From NCBI GenBank assembly GCA_951406725.2, contig OX597821.1, forward strand, positions 80,600,001 to 80,664,000: a stretch of 64,000 bases of DNA, written 5' to 3'. Below are positions 13,844-27,318 of the stretch, piece after piece (position 1 is the stretch's first letter; every line of letters begins with the position of its first letter). The translations under genes and the position numbers were made by a program. Source of the stretch: Octopus vulgaris. Its lineage: Eukaryota. A model generated the notes under the pieces. The model was not told the origin of the DNA, did not search any database, and saw only the letters and a list, made by a program, of their open reading frames with translations.

Positions 13844-14282
13844 ACAGGGGTAACAACATCAATAACATAACAGCAGCAGCAGCTGAAGCATTCTACAGGA
13901 ACATTGTTAGCGATATTGAAACCGGGAAGAAGACAGCGAGAGTTGAAATGATAATAAATTGAGCGAATGTCCGAATGCCGCAACGCTTAGGGTTGAACAA
14001 AAGAAGTAAACGGTCTTTAATAGTATATAATCCCTCTAACAACTAACCATTCACTGGCCACAGAGAGTAGCATTTTCATTTGTCAGCTAAGGGACGATTG
14101 TAAACTGTAAGATAGGTAGACAGACGCAGTGACACACAGACACTAAAATTATGATGCCTATAATGAATATACTCTTTCACTCTTTTACTTGTCTCAGTCA
14201 TTTGACCTTTAATCGAGCAAATCGACCCCAAATGGGAGTATCGAGAGCGAAGCTACTCCCATCAATAGTAATAGTTTTTTTT

Positions 14283-14902
14283 ATTATAGGGACAAGGCCT
14301 AAATTACTGGGAAACGGGTACTTGATAACATCGATCCCAATTCTCAACTGATACTTAGTTTCATCGGACCCGAAAGGATGAAAGGCAAAGTCGACGACGG
14401 CGAAATTTGAACTCAAAACGTAGCGACGGGCGAAAGACTGCTAAACATTTTGTCACGAGTGCTAACAATTCTGCCAGCTCACCGCCTTAATAATGACGAT
14501 AATAATGATCCTTTCTACAAAACGCACAAGGCCTGACATTTTGAGGGAGAGGTCTAGTCAATTACATCGATCCCATGTTTTCACTGGTTCTTAATTCATC
14601 GACCCCGAAAGGATGAAAGGCAAAGTCGACCTCGGTGGAATTTGAACCCAGAACGCGAAGACAGACGAAATACCTATTTCTTTACTACCCACAAGGAGCT
14701 AAATACAGAGAGGACAAACAAGGACAGACAAACGAATTAAGTCGATTATATCGACCCCAGTGCGTAACTGGTACTTATTTAATCGACCCCGAAAGGATGA
14801 AAGGCAAAGTCGACCTCGGCGGAATTTGAACTCAGAACGTAGCGGCAGACGAAATACGGCTGCGCATTTCGCCCGGCGTGCTAACGATTCTGCCAGCTCG
14901 CC

Positions 14903-14903
<1 letters not shown>
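14283..14903 (-). mobile_element. SINE family 2 cluster: monomer (14283-14489) plus dimeric copy (14508-14903)
   Basis: Three repeats of cccgaaaggatgaaaggcaaagtcgac (Nin/Deu-like core). The head ctgccagctcgcc abuts (AAT)n. Confidence 0.88.
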
Positions 14904-15388
<485 letters not shown>

Positions 15389-15511
15389 GCTATCAGGGCC
15401 CTTTTATATGACCAAAACGTGTTACAAATGGGTTTACTGAACTTGTGGGACGGGTGTGGGTGTAAATATAGTTATTAAAACGAGAAATTAACAGGAGTAG
15501 CAATACACACG

Positions 15512-15557
<46 letters not shown>

Positions 15558-16048
15558 CACATATACAATGATACGTACGTACGTATGTATGTATGTTATA
15601 TTCTTACATACACAAGTGACCAGAAAATTTATCAATTATCACTTACTGGCGCTCTCTACCAGCACCAGCGCCACCTACACCACCACCACCACCAACACCA
15701 CCAACAGCACCACCACCACCACCACCACCACCACCACCACCACCACCACCGCCCCCACTACCCCCACCGCCACCACCACCACCGCCCCCACTACCCCCTC
15801 CAAGCAAAAAATAATACATAAATTCGGATTGTGGGCGAGTGCCAAGGATGAGTTGGTTAAGTCTTCGGCTCTGAATTGACATCTTATTAGCTTCACTTTT
15901 CTTTTAGTCATTCCTGTCAGTCATCAGAAAAATCTACTCAAATTCCATAGTCATCTTATTGTTGTTGTTGTTGTTGTTGTTGCTGCCGCTGTCGTCGTCG
16001 TCGTCGTCATCGTCGTCGTAACTGCAACATATATTTCTGCCTTAGACA

Positions 16049-16085
<37 letters not shown>

Positions 16086-16255
16086 TTACACACGTCTTCA
16101 TATATGTATAAACATGTAGGCATATGTATTTATATTCACATGTATTTATACACATACACGCATATATATATAACACACACACATACACACACATATATAT
16201 ACACACATACACACACACATACATATATATATGCACACACACACATATATATACA

Positions 16256-16349
<94 letters not shown>

Positions 16350-16461
16350 TATATATACACATATACACACACACAATGCACTGTAGCCTGAAAGTAAGTG
16401 TATCAAGAGCTATAGAACTATATACATTGTTGTTGTTGTTATTATTATTATTATTATTATT

Positions 16462-17012
16462 GAGTGAGAGAGCAGTTCATGCGATCAAAGTGACACTGGG
16501 GTAAAATATACGAAGCCCAATATATCCATCATGACTACCCGTCTGATAAAGGTACACCAGGCACATGCATCACAACCATATGTGCGCGACATGGTGATCT
16601 CATATCAAGATAAACAGCACATGACCTTGCAGGTGGGGCCCAGTTAGAATTTTCTTCAGGTTGAGTAGCCCATCCCGCTCAAACGGTCCCTGAATAAGGG
16701 TTGTTTAAGGATGTTGAAAGAACCACCCATGTTTCCAGAGGTGAACTATTCAAACCCCAAAGAATCCTTCTCAACACATGGCTATGATGCTCCCCCACTA
16801 CATCTGCTCGTGATCAGAGATGCACATATCGTCAGCCACTGAGGGACATGCTCAACTGGTTATGGTCAAACAACTGACAAGCAAATCTGTGGTATTGAGC
16901 AGAATATTTGCTGTAGCCCATCTTTTATACCAAGACAAAACAATGTACATGATAACACTTCCAATCAGTTAAGATCAGAAGCCATGAGAGCCACTGCCTG
17001 GTACTGCATCAG
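16462..17012 (-). mobile_element. ORF-less ~560 bp TAA-associated retroposon, near full length
   Basis: Flanked on both sides by (TTA)n. Six copies in the window, five sharing the end ctgctctctca(c)tc|aataat. Confidence 0.8.
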
Positions 17013-17071
<59 letters not shown>

Positions 17072-17190
17072 CAGTTTCATCAATTAACTAATTCGTTCAT
17101 TCATTGGTTTACGGATGAGCATGCAACAGGCACGTATATAAATTTACAAACAAACATAAAAAAAAATATGTGTAGGCAGCTACAGCATCA

Positions 17191-17520
17191 CCTCTGAATA
17201 AGGTTTGCTTAAGGATGATGAACAAAACACTCATATTTCCAGAGGTGAATTATTCAAGCCTCAATGAATCCCTCTCAACACATGGCTATGGATGCTCCCC
17301 AACGACTCCTGCTCGTGCTTTGAGAGGCACGTATCATCAGCCACTAAGGGACATGCTCAACTGATTAAGGTCAAGCAACTGACAATTATATATGTGGTTC
17401 TGAGCAGAGTATTTGTTGTAGGCCATCCTTTATACCAATACAAAACATGTACATGATAATACTTCCAATCAGTTAAGATCATAGGCCATGGGAGCCACTG
17501 CCTGGTACTGCGTCAGGGCA
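17191..17520 (-). mobile_element. TAA-associated retroposon, diverged copy retaining the 5' part
   Basis: Aligns with 16690-17012 and extends to tgccctgacgcagtaccagg. Confidence 0.75.
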
Positions 17521-17530
17521 TTTAATTATT

Positions 17531-17560
<30 letters not shown>

Positions 17561-17563
<3 letters not shown>

Positions 17564-18190
17564 CAGTAGTTTTATTTTTATAGCGTGCTTTCACTTCACT
17601 ACCGAGCGCAGCTCTGTGTGCCTTGGGTATGTGCTGTGATTTGTTGTGGTGCTCTGATGGTTATTGTATGGAAAGTGTTCTGTGTAGGATGTGTGCAGTG
17701 CCCAGTGGTGCAATTTTCTGTATGTTATATGTGTTTGTAAGTCCTGGTGTTTTTGTTATGTATTTGTCTGGATTTTTTTTATCGTGCCTAATGCGCTGAC
17801 TATGATAGGGACTGTTTCTGTTCTTAGATTCCACATTCTAGTTACCTCCATTTCCAGGTCTTTGTATTTTGAAAGTTTCTCCATTTCTTTTAGAGGCACG
17901 TTGTCATCTGCTGGTATTGATACCTCAATTAGGAAGCATTTTTTCTTCATGATCTCTGACAACTATATCTGTTGGCCTTTATTTCTCTATCTGTGTGTAT
18001 TGGCATATCCCAGAGTATGGTTGCTTTCTCGTTTTCTGTGAACTTTTCTGGTGTGTGCTTTTACCATCTTTTTTCTGTTGATATTCCATAATGTTGGCAT
18101 AGCTTCCAGTGTATGTAGGTCCCAACTCTGTCGTGTCTGAATATATTCTTTCTTAGCCAGGACTGGGCAGCTAGAGATAATATGATTTAT
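17561..18190 (-). mobile_element. R4/Dong-like RLE LINE, 5'-truncated (subfamily A)
   Basis: NHIISSCPVLAKKEYI, CFLIEVSIPADDNVPLKEMEKLSKYKDL, VPIIVSALG. The 3' UTR is nearly identical to 19961-20060 and is followed by (AAC/AAT)n. Confidence 0.88.
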
Positions 18191-18211
18191 TATTATTATT
18201 ATTATTATTGA

Positions 18212-18835
18212 AAGCGCCGAGCTGGCAGAATCGTTAGCACGCCGGGCAAAATGCTTAGCGGCATTTCGTCCGCTGCTACCTTCTGAGTTCAAATTCTGCT
18301 GAGGTCGACTTCGCCTTTCATCCTTTTGGGGTGGATAGATTAAGTAACAGTGAAACACTGGGGCCGATGTAATCGACTCATCCCCGCCTCCAAAATTGCT
18401 GCCCTTTTGGCAAAATTTGAAACTATTATTATTATTATTATTGAAGGCTGCGAGCTCGCAGTATCGTTAGCGCGAAATGCTTAGCGGCGTTTCGTCTGCC
18501 GTTACGTTTTGAGTTCAAATTCAACCGAGGTCGACTTTGCTTTTCATCCTTTCGGGGTCGATTAAATAAGTACCAGTTACACACTGGGTTCGATATAATC
18601 GACTTAATCCGTTTGTCTGTCCTTGTTTGTCCCCTCAGTGTGTAGCCCCTTGTGAGTAGTAAAGAAATAGGTATTTTGCCCGACTTCATGTTCTAAGTTT
18701 AGTTTCCGCTGAGGTCGAGTTTGCCTTTCAACCTTCCGAGGTCGATAAAATAAATATCAGCTGAGCACTGAGATCGATGTAATCGACTATCCAGCGCCCC
18801 CTAAACTTCAGACCTTGTGCCAAAATTTGAAATCA
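18212..18835 (+). mobile_element. SINE family 2: monomer (18212-18423) and dimer (18445-18835)
   Basis: gagctggcagaatcgttagcacgccggg head, Nin-like core, (ATT)n flanks. Confidence 0.88.
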
Positions 18836-18852
18836 TTATTACTATTGTTGTC

Positions 18853-19080
18853 TTATCTTTATTGCGTGTTTTCACGGCATTATTGAGAGCAGCTCTGTGT
18901 TATGCATTGATTTGGTGCAGTGCTTTGTTGTATATATTGTTATTTTAACTGAATAGAAAGTATTCAACGTCATATGTGTGCTTCCCAGTAATGCTGTTTT
19001 CTGTACGTTACCCATATTTGTAGCTCTAGGGGTTTTAGTAATGCATTTGTCTTCGTGTTCTTTATCATTCCCAAGGAACT
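18853..19080 (-). mobile_element. Old R4/Dong-like 3' fragment
   Basis: Decayed SLGMIK...QKTALLGSTH ending and a diverged subfamily-A 3' UTR. Confidence 0.6.
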
Positions 19081-19096
19081 TATAATAATAATAATA

Positions 19097-19147
<51 letters not shown>

Positions 19148-19191
19148 GTTGTTGTTGTTGTTGTTGTTGTTGTTATTATTATTATTATTAT

Positions 19192-19301
<110 letters not shown>

Positions 19302-19321
19302 TCATCATCGTCATCATCATT

Positions 19322-19535
19322 GAGGCGGCGAGCTGTCAGAATCGCTTACACGCCGGGCAAAATGCTTAGCGGCATTTCGCCCGCCTTTACGTTCTGAGTT
19401 CAAATTTCGCCGAAGTCGACCATACCTTTCATCCTTTCGGGGTCAATAAATTAGATACCAGTGAAACACTACGATCGATGTAATCGACTAGACCCCTTCC
19501 CACAGATTTGAGGCCTTGTGCCTCCAGTAGAAACG
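19322..19535 (+). mobile_element. SINE family 2
   Basis: Full head-core-tail followed by (ATT)n. Confidence 0.88.
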
Positions 19536-19554
19536 AATACTATTATTATTATTA

Positions 19555-19610
<56 letters not shown>

Positions 19611-19863
19611 GTCATATATTTGACATTTGCTCTGTATTTGTACAAGTTGGCTCCAATTCTCACCCAGAGACCTCAAGAGACAACAAGTTAGAAGTTCATG
19701 TTGGTGTTATGCCTAAGGTATCGAATATTTGGTTTTGTACATAGTATTGTTCTAAGTAATGTTTAAGAAAACAAGAAAATTGTGAGTTTGTTTTAAATTT
19801 TAAGATTACATAGACAGTATTTTTCGTAAGATATGGGCAGTTCGCATGATCACTATCTTTTGA
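19611..19863 (-). mobile_element. R4/Dong-like 3' fragment (subfamily D, distinct 3' UTR)
   Basis: Minus strand reads QKIVIMRTAHILRKILSM*, then a ~195 bp UTR, then (AAT)n. Confidence 0.75.
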
Positions 19864-19900
19864 ATTATTATTATTATTATCATTATCATTATTATTATTA

Positions 19901-19959
<59 letters not shown>

Positions 19960-21209
19960 GTTCAGTAGTTTTATTTTTATAGCGTGCTTTCACTTCACTA
20001 CCGAGCGCAGCTCTGTGTGCCTTGGGTATGTGCTGTGATTTGTTGTGATGCTCTGATGGTTATTGTATGGAAAGTGTTCTGCGTAGGATGTGTGCAGTGC
20101 CTAGTAGTGCAATTTTCTGTATGTTATATGTGTTTGTAAGTCCTGGTGTTTTTGTTATGTATTTGTCTGAATATTTTTTTATCATGCCTAATGCACCTAC
20201 TATGATAGGAATTGTTTCTGTTTTCAGATTCCACATTCTAGTTACCTCTATTTCCAGGTCTTTGTATTTTGAAAGTTTCTCCATTTCTTTTAGAAACACG
20301 TTGTCATCTGCCGGTATTGATACATCAATTAGAAAGCATTTTTTTCTTCATGATCTCTGACAACTATATTTGGTCTGTTGGCCTTAATTTCTCTATCTGT
20401 GTGTATCGGCATATCCCAGAGTATGGTTGCTTTCTCGTTTCCTGTGACCTTTTCTGGTGTGTGCCTATACCATCTTTTTTCTGTTGTTATTCCATAATGT
20501 TGGCATAGCTTCCAATGTATGTAGGTTCCAACTCTGTCATGTCTGTGAATATATTCCTTCTTAGCCAGGACTGGGCAGCTAGAGATAATATGATTTATTG
20601 TTTCTTGTCCATCTCCACATATTCTGCAGTTACTTGTAATATTTCTTTTCATTACATGTTTTTGGTAATTTCTGGTGGGGAGGCTTTGGTCTTGTGCTGC
20701 AATTAAAAATCCCTCTGTTTCTGCTTTGAGTCCTGAGCTTCTCAACCATTGCTGGGATTTTTCTTTGTCTATTTATTTTGCGTTTAGTTTAGTCCAGTAT
20801 TTACCATGAAGGGCCTTTTCTTGCCATCGTTTTATCATGGTTCGTTGCTGTTCTATTTTTAGTTTGGATTTCATTTGTTTTATAGCTTTTGTTGTTTCTT
20901 CATCTTCTTCTTCTTCTTCTTCATATTTATTAGGTGGTATGATTTCTTGTTTGTATTTGTCAGCTTCCTTAAATACTGAGAACAGTTTTTTGTTTTGCTC
21001 GTGTTTTGCCGCTATTTGTATCAGTTTTCCTTCCTTCTGAAGTAGATATTTTTGCAGTCCTATGGTGGTTATTTTATAGTAGTTTTCCAGCTGTATAAGG
21101 CCTCTACCACCTTCTATACGTTGTATATATAGTCTTTCTATGTCAGATTTTGGGTGATGCATCCTAGATCCTGTGATTATTTTTCTTGTTTTCCTATCTA
21201 TTTTGGTCA

Positions 21210-21211
<2 letters not shown>
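19960..21211 (-). mobile_element. R4/Dong-like RLE LINE, 5'-truncated 1.25 kb (subfamily A)
   Basis: ORFs 20773-21162 (HPKSDIERLY..GGRGL, LHGKY), 20329-20745 (AAQDQ, CRICG...ETINHIISSC CCHC knuckle, RHD, RPNIV) and 20060-20299 (KLSKYKDL, IPIIVGALG) form an RLE-type C-terminus with frameshifts. (TTA)n on both sides. Confidence 0.93.
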
Positions 21212-21299
<88 letters not shown>

Positions 21300-23142
21300 G
21301 TATGAAAACTCACCGCTTATTTTGCTGGGTATGATTGAAAGTGTCAGTTGTCCACAGCCAGCAACAGACTAAGTTGACATATATTTACTGGTCACACTTC
21401 AAGAACACTGCGAAGAATTCTTGCAGTTCCGAGCAATGCTGATTTTTGTAGGTGTTCTACCTTCACACTTGCACCAATCTTTTTCAGCCATGCTGGTTTT
21501 TGAGTGCAGATACTTCCAAGTGCACCAATTACTATTGGCATCATGTCTACTCTCTTCATTGACCACCAACCTTCGTATTTCCCATTTTAAACCATCATAG
21601 TTGTTTATTTTTACTTCTTCTTTCACATTGATCCTGTTGTCACCGGGGCATGCTTTGTCAATTATCATGCATGTTCTTTCTTTTTTTATTCACCACAACA
21701 ATGTCCGGTTTCCTATATCTGGTCGGATGATCGCACTGGATCATTGCATCCCACAGGAATTTGCAATTCTCATTTTTGGTGACTCCATCTCAAACCACGG
21801 CTTTACTCTTTGTAGGCCATGATTTCCGCAAAGCTCCCAATGGATCATTCTTGCCACATTATCGTGGCGTCGTTTGTATTCGCGTTGTGCCAATTTCGGG
21901 CATTCGCTAACGATGTGCAATACCGTTTCCCCCCTCTCACCACACATTCTGCGTTTGTCGCTATCGGTAGTATTGTCTGTTCTGCATTTCATATAATTGG
22001 TTCTTAACGTTTGTTCTTGAGCCGCGCATTTGAGTGCTTCTGTCTCTATTTTCGAGTCATTCCTCCTCATCCATAGCCACCGGTCCTCTGTATATCTCTT
22101 GGCGTTCACATCTCTTGCAAATCCACCGTACATTTTCTTTTCCTTCCATGCCTTTTTTTTTTTCTTTTGTTCATTTCTTGTTTAAATTTTTCTTTACGCA
22201 AATTTCAGCTTTGATGACACCGACCTTCTTCGTGTGTTTCGACAGTGGCTCCACGGCATTTATTATATAACACCCTAGGCTGTTTTCCTCTGCTTCGATA
22301 CAGTCCTAGCAACTATCAAACCTCTGCCACCCTTTCTTCTGGACAAGTACATCCTATCGGTGTCACTGTGGAGGCGCAATGGCCCAGTTGTTAGGGCAAC
22401 AGACTCGCAGTCGTAGGATCGCGGTTTCGATTCCCAGGCCGAGTGTTGTGAACCTTTATTGAAAGAAAACACCTAAAAATTCCACGAGGCACCGGCAGGG
22501 GGGTGTAAACCCTGCAATAGTCTATCACCACAACTTTCTCTCATTCTTTCTTCCTGCTTCTGTTGTACCTGTATTTCAAAGGGCCAGCCTTGTCACACTG
22601 TGTGTCACGCTGAATCCCCCCGAGAACTACGTTAAGGGTACACGTGTATGTGGAGTGCTCAGCCACTTACACGTTAATTTCACGAGAAGGTTGTTCTGTT
22701 GATCGGATCAACTGGAACCCTCGTCGCCGCAACCGACGGAGTGCCTCGAATTGGTGTTACTCTTAGGGTGGAAGGTACGTGTACTGTCAGCAGTTTTCTG
22801 GTCTTGGTATCCATTTTCTTCATTTCTGTCCTTTGCTACTTTATAATTCCCACTACATACTGAAGTGATGCTATCGCCCACGTATTAACTGCTTAGATTT
22901 TATTCCATCCAGTCAATTTTTAGCGCAACACCAACCTCCAGCTTTGGAAATACTACATCCTCAGTTGTTCTTTCACTTCCTTTTCCATTATATCGTTGAA
23001 CTCTACTACTCCAAGGTATTTGTATCCTTCTGTTTCAATTTGCTTCATCAAGTCTCTAATCGGTAATTCTATCCCTGCTAGGGATTGTACCTTGCTTCAT
23101 TTTAGGTAGATTATTCCGCACTTCTCGAGTCCAAATTCCATA
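21300..23142 (-). mobile_element. R4/Dong-like RLE LINE, 5'-truncated (subfamily B), interrupted by a SINE
   Basis: MEFGLEKC and GYKYLG (late RT motifs), DRMYLSRRKGGRGLI, AAQEQTLRTNY, MCGERGETVLHIVSECPKLAQREYKRRHD. Own 3' UTR followed by (AAT)n. Confidence 0.9.
22368..22749 (+). mobile_element. tRNA-derived SINE family 3 (head A + tail X) with 12-bp TSD
   Basis: ggaggcgcaatggccc.g.tgttaggg / ggtttcgattccc boxes. TSD atcggtgtcact (22356-22367) vs attggtgttact (22750-22761). Confidence 0.88.
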
Positions 23143-23150
23143 TTATTATT

Positions 23151-23490
23151 GAGTGAGAGAGCAGTGCATGCCATCAAAGTGACACTGGGGTAGAATATAC
23201 GAAGCCCAATATACCCATCATGACTAACCGTCTGATAAGGGTACACTAGGCACATGCATCACAACCATATGTGTGCGACATGGTGATCTCATATCAAGAT
23301 AAACATTACATGACCTGGCAGGTGGGGTCCAGTTAGAATTTTCTTCTGGTCGAGTAAGCCATCCCGCTCAAAAGGTCCCTGAATAAGGGTTGTTTAAGGA
23401 TGTTGAACAAAACAGCCATGTTTCCAAAGGTGAATTATTCAAACCCCAAAGAATCCCTCTGAACACGCAGCTATGATGCTCCATTACTAC
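23151..23490 (-). mobile_element. TAA-associated retroposon, 5'-truncated
   Basis: Same 3' end as 16462, about 340 bp, (TTA)n flanks. Confidence 0.82.
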
Positions 23491-23514
23491 TTATTATTGT
23501 TGTTGTTGTTGTTG

Positions 23515-23545
<31 letters not shown>

Positions 23546-23565
23546 CATCATCATTATTATTGTTA

Positions 23566-23618
<53 letters not shown>

Positions 23619-23624
23619 TTTATT

Positions 23625-24070
23625 AAGGTGGCGAACTGACAGAAACATTAGGACGTCGGACAAAATGCTTAGCGGTACTTTGTCCGTTTTTACGCTCTAA
23701 GTTCAATTTCTACCGAGATCGTCTTTGCCTCTCGTTACTTTCGGTGTCGAAAAAATAAGTATCAGTCAAGTCCTGGGATCAATGTAATTGACTTACCCCA
23801 TCCCACGAAGTTCCTGGCCTTGTGCCAAAACTTGAAATCATTATCGTTATTGCTATTAAAGAGGCGAGCTGGCAGAATCGTTAGCACGCCAGGCAAAATG
23901 CTTAGCAGCATTTCTTCCGACTTCACCTTCCGAGTTCAAATTCCGCCGACGGCGACTGTGTCTTATTCTGTTGGGATTGATAAAATAAGTGCCAACCGAG
24001 CAATGAGGTTGATGTAATCGAATAGCCTCTCCTACCAAAACATCAGGCCCTGTACCTGTAGTAGAAAGGA
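23625..24070 (+). mobile_element. Two SINE family 2 copies (23625-23838, 23861-24070)
   Basis: Diverged head-core-tail matches. Confidence 0.8.
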
Positions 24071-24100
24071 TTGTTGTTGTTGTTGTTGTTGCTGTTGTTG

Positions 24101-24139
<39 letters not shown>

Positions 24140-24159
24140 TTGTTGTTAGCATTATTATT

Positions 24160-24510
24160 CAATTTTCATATTTTGCGTGCTTACACAGCACTGTTGAGTG
24201 CAGCTCTGTGTGCAATCGGTATGCGCAATGTTTTGTTATTCTAACTGAACCGAAAGTACTCTACGCCGTATGGATGTGTGGTGCCCAGCAGTGCTATTTT
24301 CTGTATATTATGCATATTTGTAAATCCTGGGGGTTTGGTAATGTATTTGTCTGCATGTTCTTTTATATCATTCCCAGGGCACCTATTATTATTATTATAG
24401 TGGTGGTTTCTGTTTTCAGACCCCACGATTGGGTTATCTCTATTTGCAGATCTTTGTATTTAGATAATCTTCTCTTCTTCTTTGAGATACACTATCGTCT
24501 ATTGGGATCG
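24160..24510 (-). mobile_element. Old R4/Dong-like 3' fragment
   Basis: DKYITKPPGFTNMHNIQKIALLGTTH plus a diverged subfamily-A UTR. Confidence 0.75.
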
Positions 24511-24684
24511 TCATCGTCATCACCGTCATCTTTTTCTTTGTTGTTGTTAATATTATTTACCTTTCACCCTTTCGGGGTCGATAAGACAAGTATACTTCAA
24601 TATTGTGTTTGGTATAATCGACTTGCCCCCTTCCTTGGAATCGTTGGCTTTGTGCCAAAATTTTATATCATCATCATCATCATC

Positions 24685-24753
<69 letters not shown>

Positions 24754-24886
24754 GCGTGAGAGAGCAGTGCATGCCATCAAAGTGACACTGTGGTACAAAT
24801 ATACAAAGCCCAGTATACCCATCATGACTACCCGTCTGATAAGGGTACACGAGGCACATGCATCACAACCATATGTGCGCGACATG
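24754..24886 (-). mobile_element. TAA-associated retroposon, short 5'-truncated copy
   Basis: 133 bp of the conserved 3' end, next to (TTA)n. Confidence 0.8.
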
Positions 24887-25138
24887 TAATCTACTGAGGT
24901 CCATGTAATCTACTAAACATCCCCCACCCAAAAAATTTCCAGGCCTTGTGCATCTAATTGAAAGATGGCAGAATCATTAGAACGCCGGGCAAAATGTTCA
25001 ACGCCATTTCATCCGTTTTCACGTCCTGAGTTCAAATTCCACGGAGGTCGACTTTGCCTTTTATCATTTCGGGGTCGATGAAATGAATACCAGGGTCTTG
25101 CTGGCCCTGTGCCAAAATATGAAACCAATGTCATCATC

Positions 25139-25281
25139 AGGAGTGACTGTATGGTATGTAGCCTGCTTAACAGCCACATGGTTCCGGGTTCAGTCCTACT
25201 GCGTGGCACCTTGGGCAACTGTTTTCTACTATAGCCTCGGTCCGAGTGGATTTGGTAGACGGAAACTGAAAGAAGCCCGTC

Positions 25282-25341
<60 letters not shown>

Positions 25342-25560
25342 ATATGTTTGTGTGTCTGTGTTTGTCCCCCCCCAACATCTCTTGACAACCGATGCTGGTG
25401 TGTTTACGTCCCCGTTACTTAGCAGTTCCGCAAGAGAGTCCGATAGAATAAGTACTAGGCTTACAAAGAATAAGTCCTGCGGTCGATTTGCTCGACTAAA
25501 GGCGGTGCTCCAGCATGGCCGCAGTCAAATGACTGAAACAAATAAAACAAAGAAAAAGAA
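25139..25560 (+). mobile_element. SINE family 1
   Basis: Matches 13446-13843. Confidence 0.88.
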
Positions 25561-26187
25561 AAGAAAATCATCCTCCTCCTCATCATCATCATCACTATCA
25601 CCACATACTCTGGAAGTTTTTTTTTTTTTATATGAGTTTCTACCGCCGCATCACCAAGTGCACTACCGTGTTCCTGAGCTGTGCGTAAGATTGTCTTTTG
25701 GGAATGCAAAATGACGCTGCATGTTAAATCTGTAGAATTCTGTTCGTTGTTTTGGCTTTATTTTTAGTGTTCTGTCTGTTATGTAGAATTATGCGATGCT
25801 ATGTTTTGTTATTTTAAGACGGTTTTCATGTTTTATATTTGCCGTGTATTTTGTTTTAAGTATTTTGGTGTTGAAAAGTGCCTGTACATATTGCACTGTT
25901 CACGTTTTGTTTTATTAGAAATGGCCATCACTTTGAATGAGTTGCATGAGTTATGGGTGTTATACATGCGTCTGCCACCATCGATTACACAAAAGTACGC
26001 GTTGTGTTCTTTTATTGGTTGTTTTCTGCGTGGAATACGTGTAGTGTTGTATTATTTAGCAGAGATTTCGTAGAGCGGAAGCTATGTTATATTATTCAGT
26101 AGTGACTGTACAGATTATGAGTTATGTGAGCAGAGAGTGTACTATTTTAGTTGCGATATTCAATTAAAAATAACTTGAATAGGATAA

Positions 26188-26590
26188 TAGGCGCGGGTGT
26201 GGCTGTGTGGTAAGTAGCTTGCCTACTAGCCACATGGTTCCGGGTTCAGTCCCACTGCGTGGCACCTTGGGCAAGTGTTTTCTACTATAGCCTCGGGAAG
26301 CCTTGTGAGTGGATTCGACAGACAGAAACTGAAAGAAGCCTGTCGTATATGTGTGTGTGTGTGCGTGTGTGTGTTTGTGTATGTTTGTGTGTCTGTGTTT
26401 GTCCTCCCAACATCGCTTGACAACCGATGGCAGTGTTTACGTCCCCGTAACTTAGCGGTTTGCCAAAAGAGACCGATAGAATAAGTACTAGGCTTACAAA
26501 GAATAAGTCCTGGGGTCGATTTGCTCGACTAAAGGCAGTGCGCCAGCATGGCCGCAGTCAAATGACTGCAACAAGTAAAAGAGAAAAAAG
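26188..26590 (+). mobile_element. SINE family 1
   Basis: Matches 13446-13843. Confidence 0.88.
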
Positions 26591-26659
26591 ATGTGAACTA
26601 TGTTTAGCAAGGTCATCTTTGGACTGTGTGTAAAGGTGTAAGCACTGGCTGGTACAGTT

Positions 26660-27227
26660 TCGGTGGCAGCAACGTTAGAACATGGGGAAAAAATGCTCGA
26701 CTCCTTACATTCTGGGTCGAAATCTCCCTAGGTCAACTTTCCCCTTCTTCCCTTCGAGGTCGATAAAATAAGTACCAGTCACATACTAGGGTCGATGTAA
26801 CCGACTTGCGTCTCCCCAGCAGTTATCAGGCCTTGTGCCTATAGAAGAAAGGGTTATTGTCATTGTTATTCTTATTTTGGTTTGGTTCATATTTCTGTTC
26901 CTGATAGGATTTATGTGGGTATCGGGTTACTACTAGTAACAGCAGTTTTTCAAGTGATTAGGACCCTCTTGATAAACCTTGCTGCTATTCTTATTCTTAT
27001 TCTTATTCTTATTATTCTTATTATTATCATTATTAGCATGCCGGATGAAATGCTTAGCAGTATTTTGTTTGTCTTTATGTTCTGAGTTCAAATTCTGCCG
27101 AGGTCGAATTTGCCTTTCATCATTTCAGGGTCGATAAATTAAGTACCAGTCAAGTACTAGGGTCGATCTAATCGACTGGCCCCGCCTCTCCAAAAATTTC
27201 GAGCCTTGTACCTAGAGTAGAAAAGAA

Positions 27228-27228
<1 letters not shown>
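26660..27228 (+). mobile_element. Two SINE family 2 copies (26660-26855, 27033-27228)
   Basis: Nin-like core and ccttgtgcctatag..gaaa tail. Confidence 0.78.
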
Positions 27229-27299
<71 letters not shown>

Positions 27300-27318
27300 C
27301 GTTATTATCATCTTCTTC

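Noticed and set aside
25640-26160. Possible very old Dong-like fragment (GGRR, TAQEH remnants)
   Set aside because: Too decayed to annotate confidently by eye.
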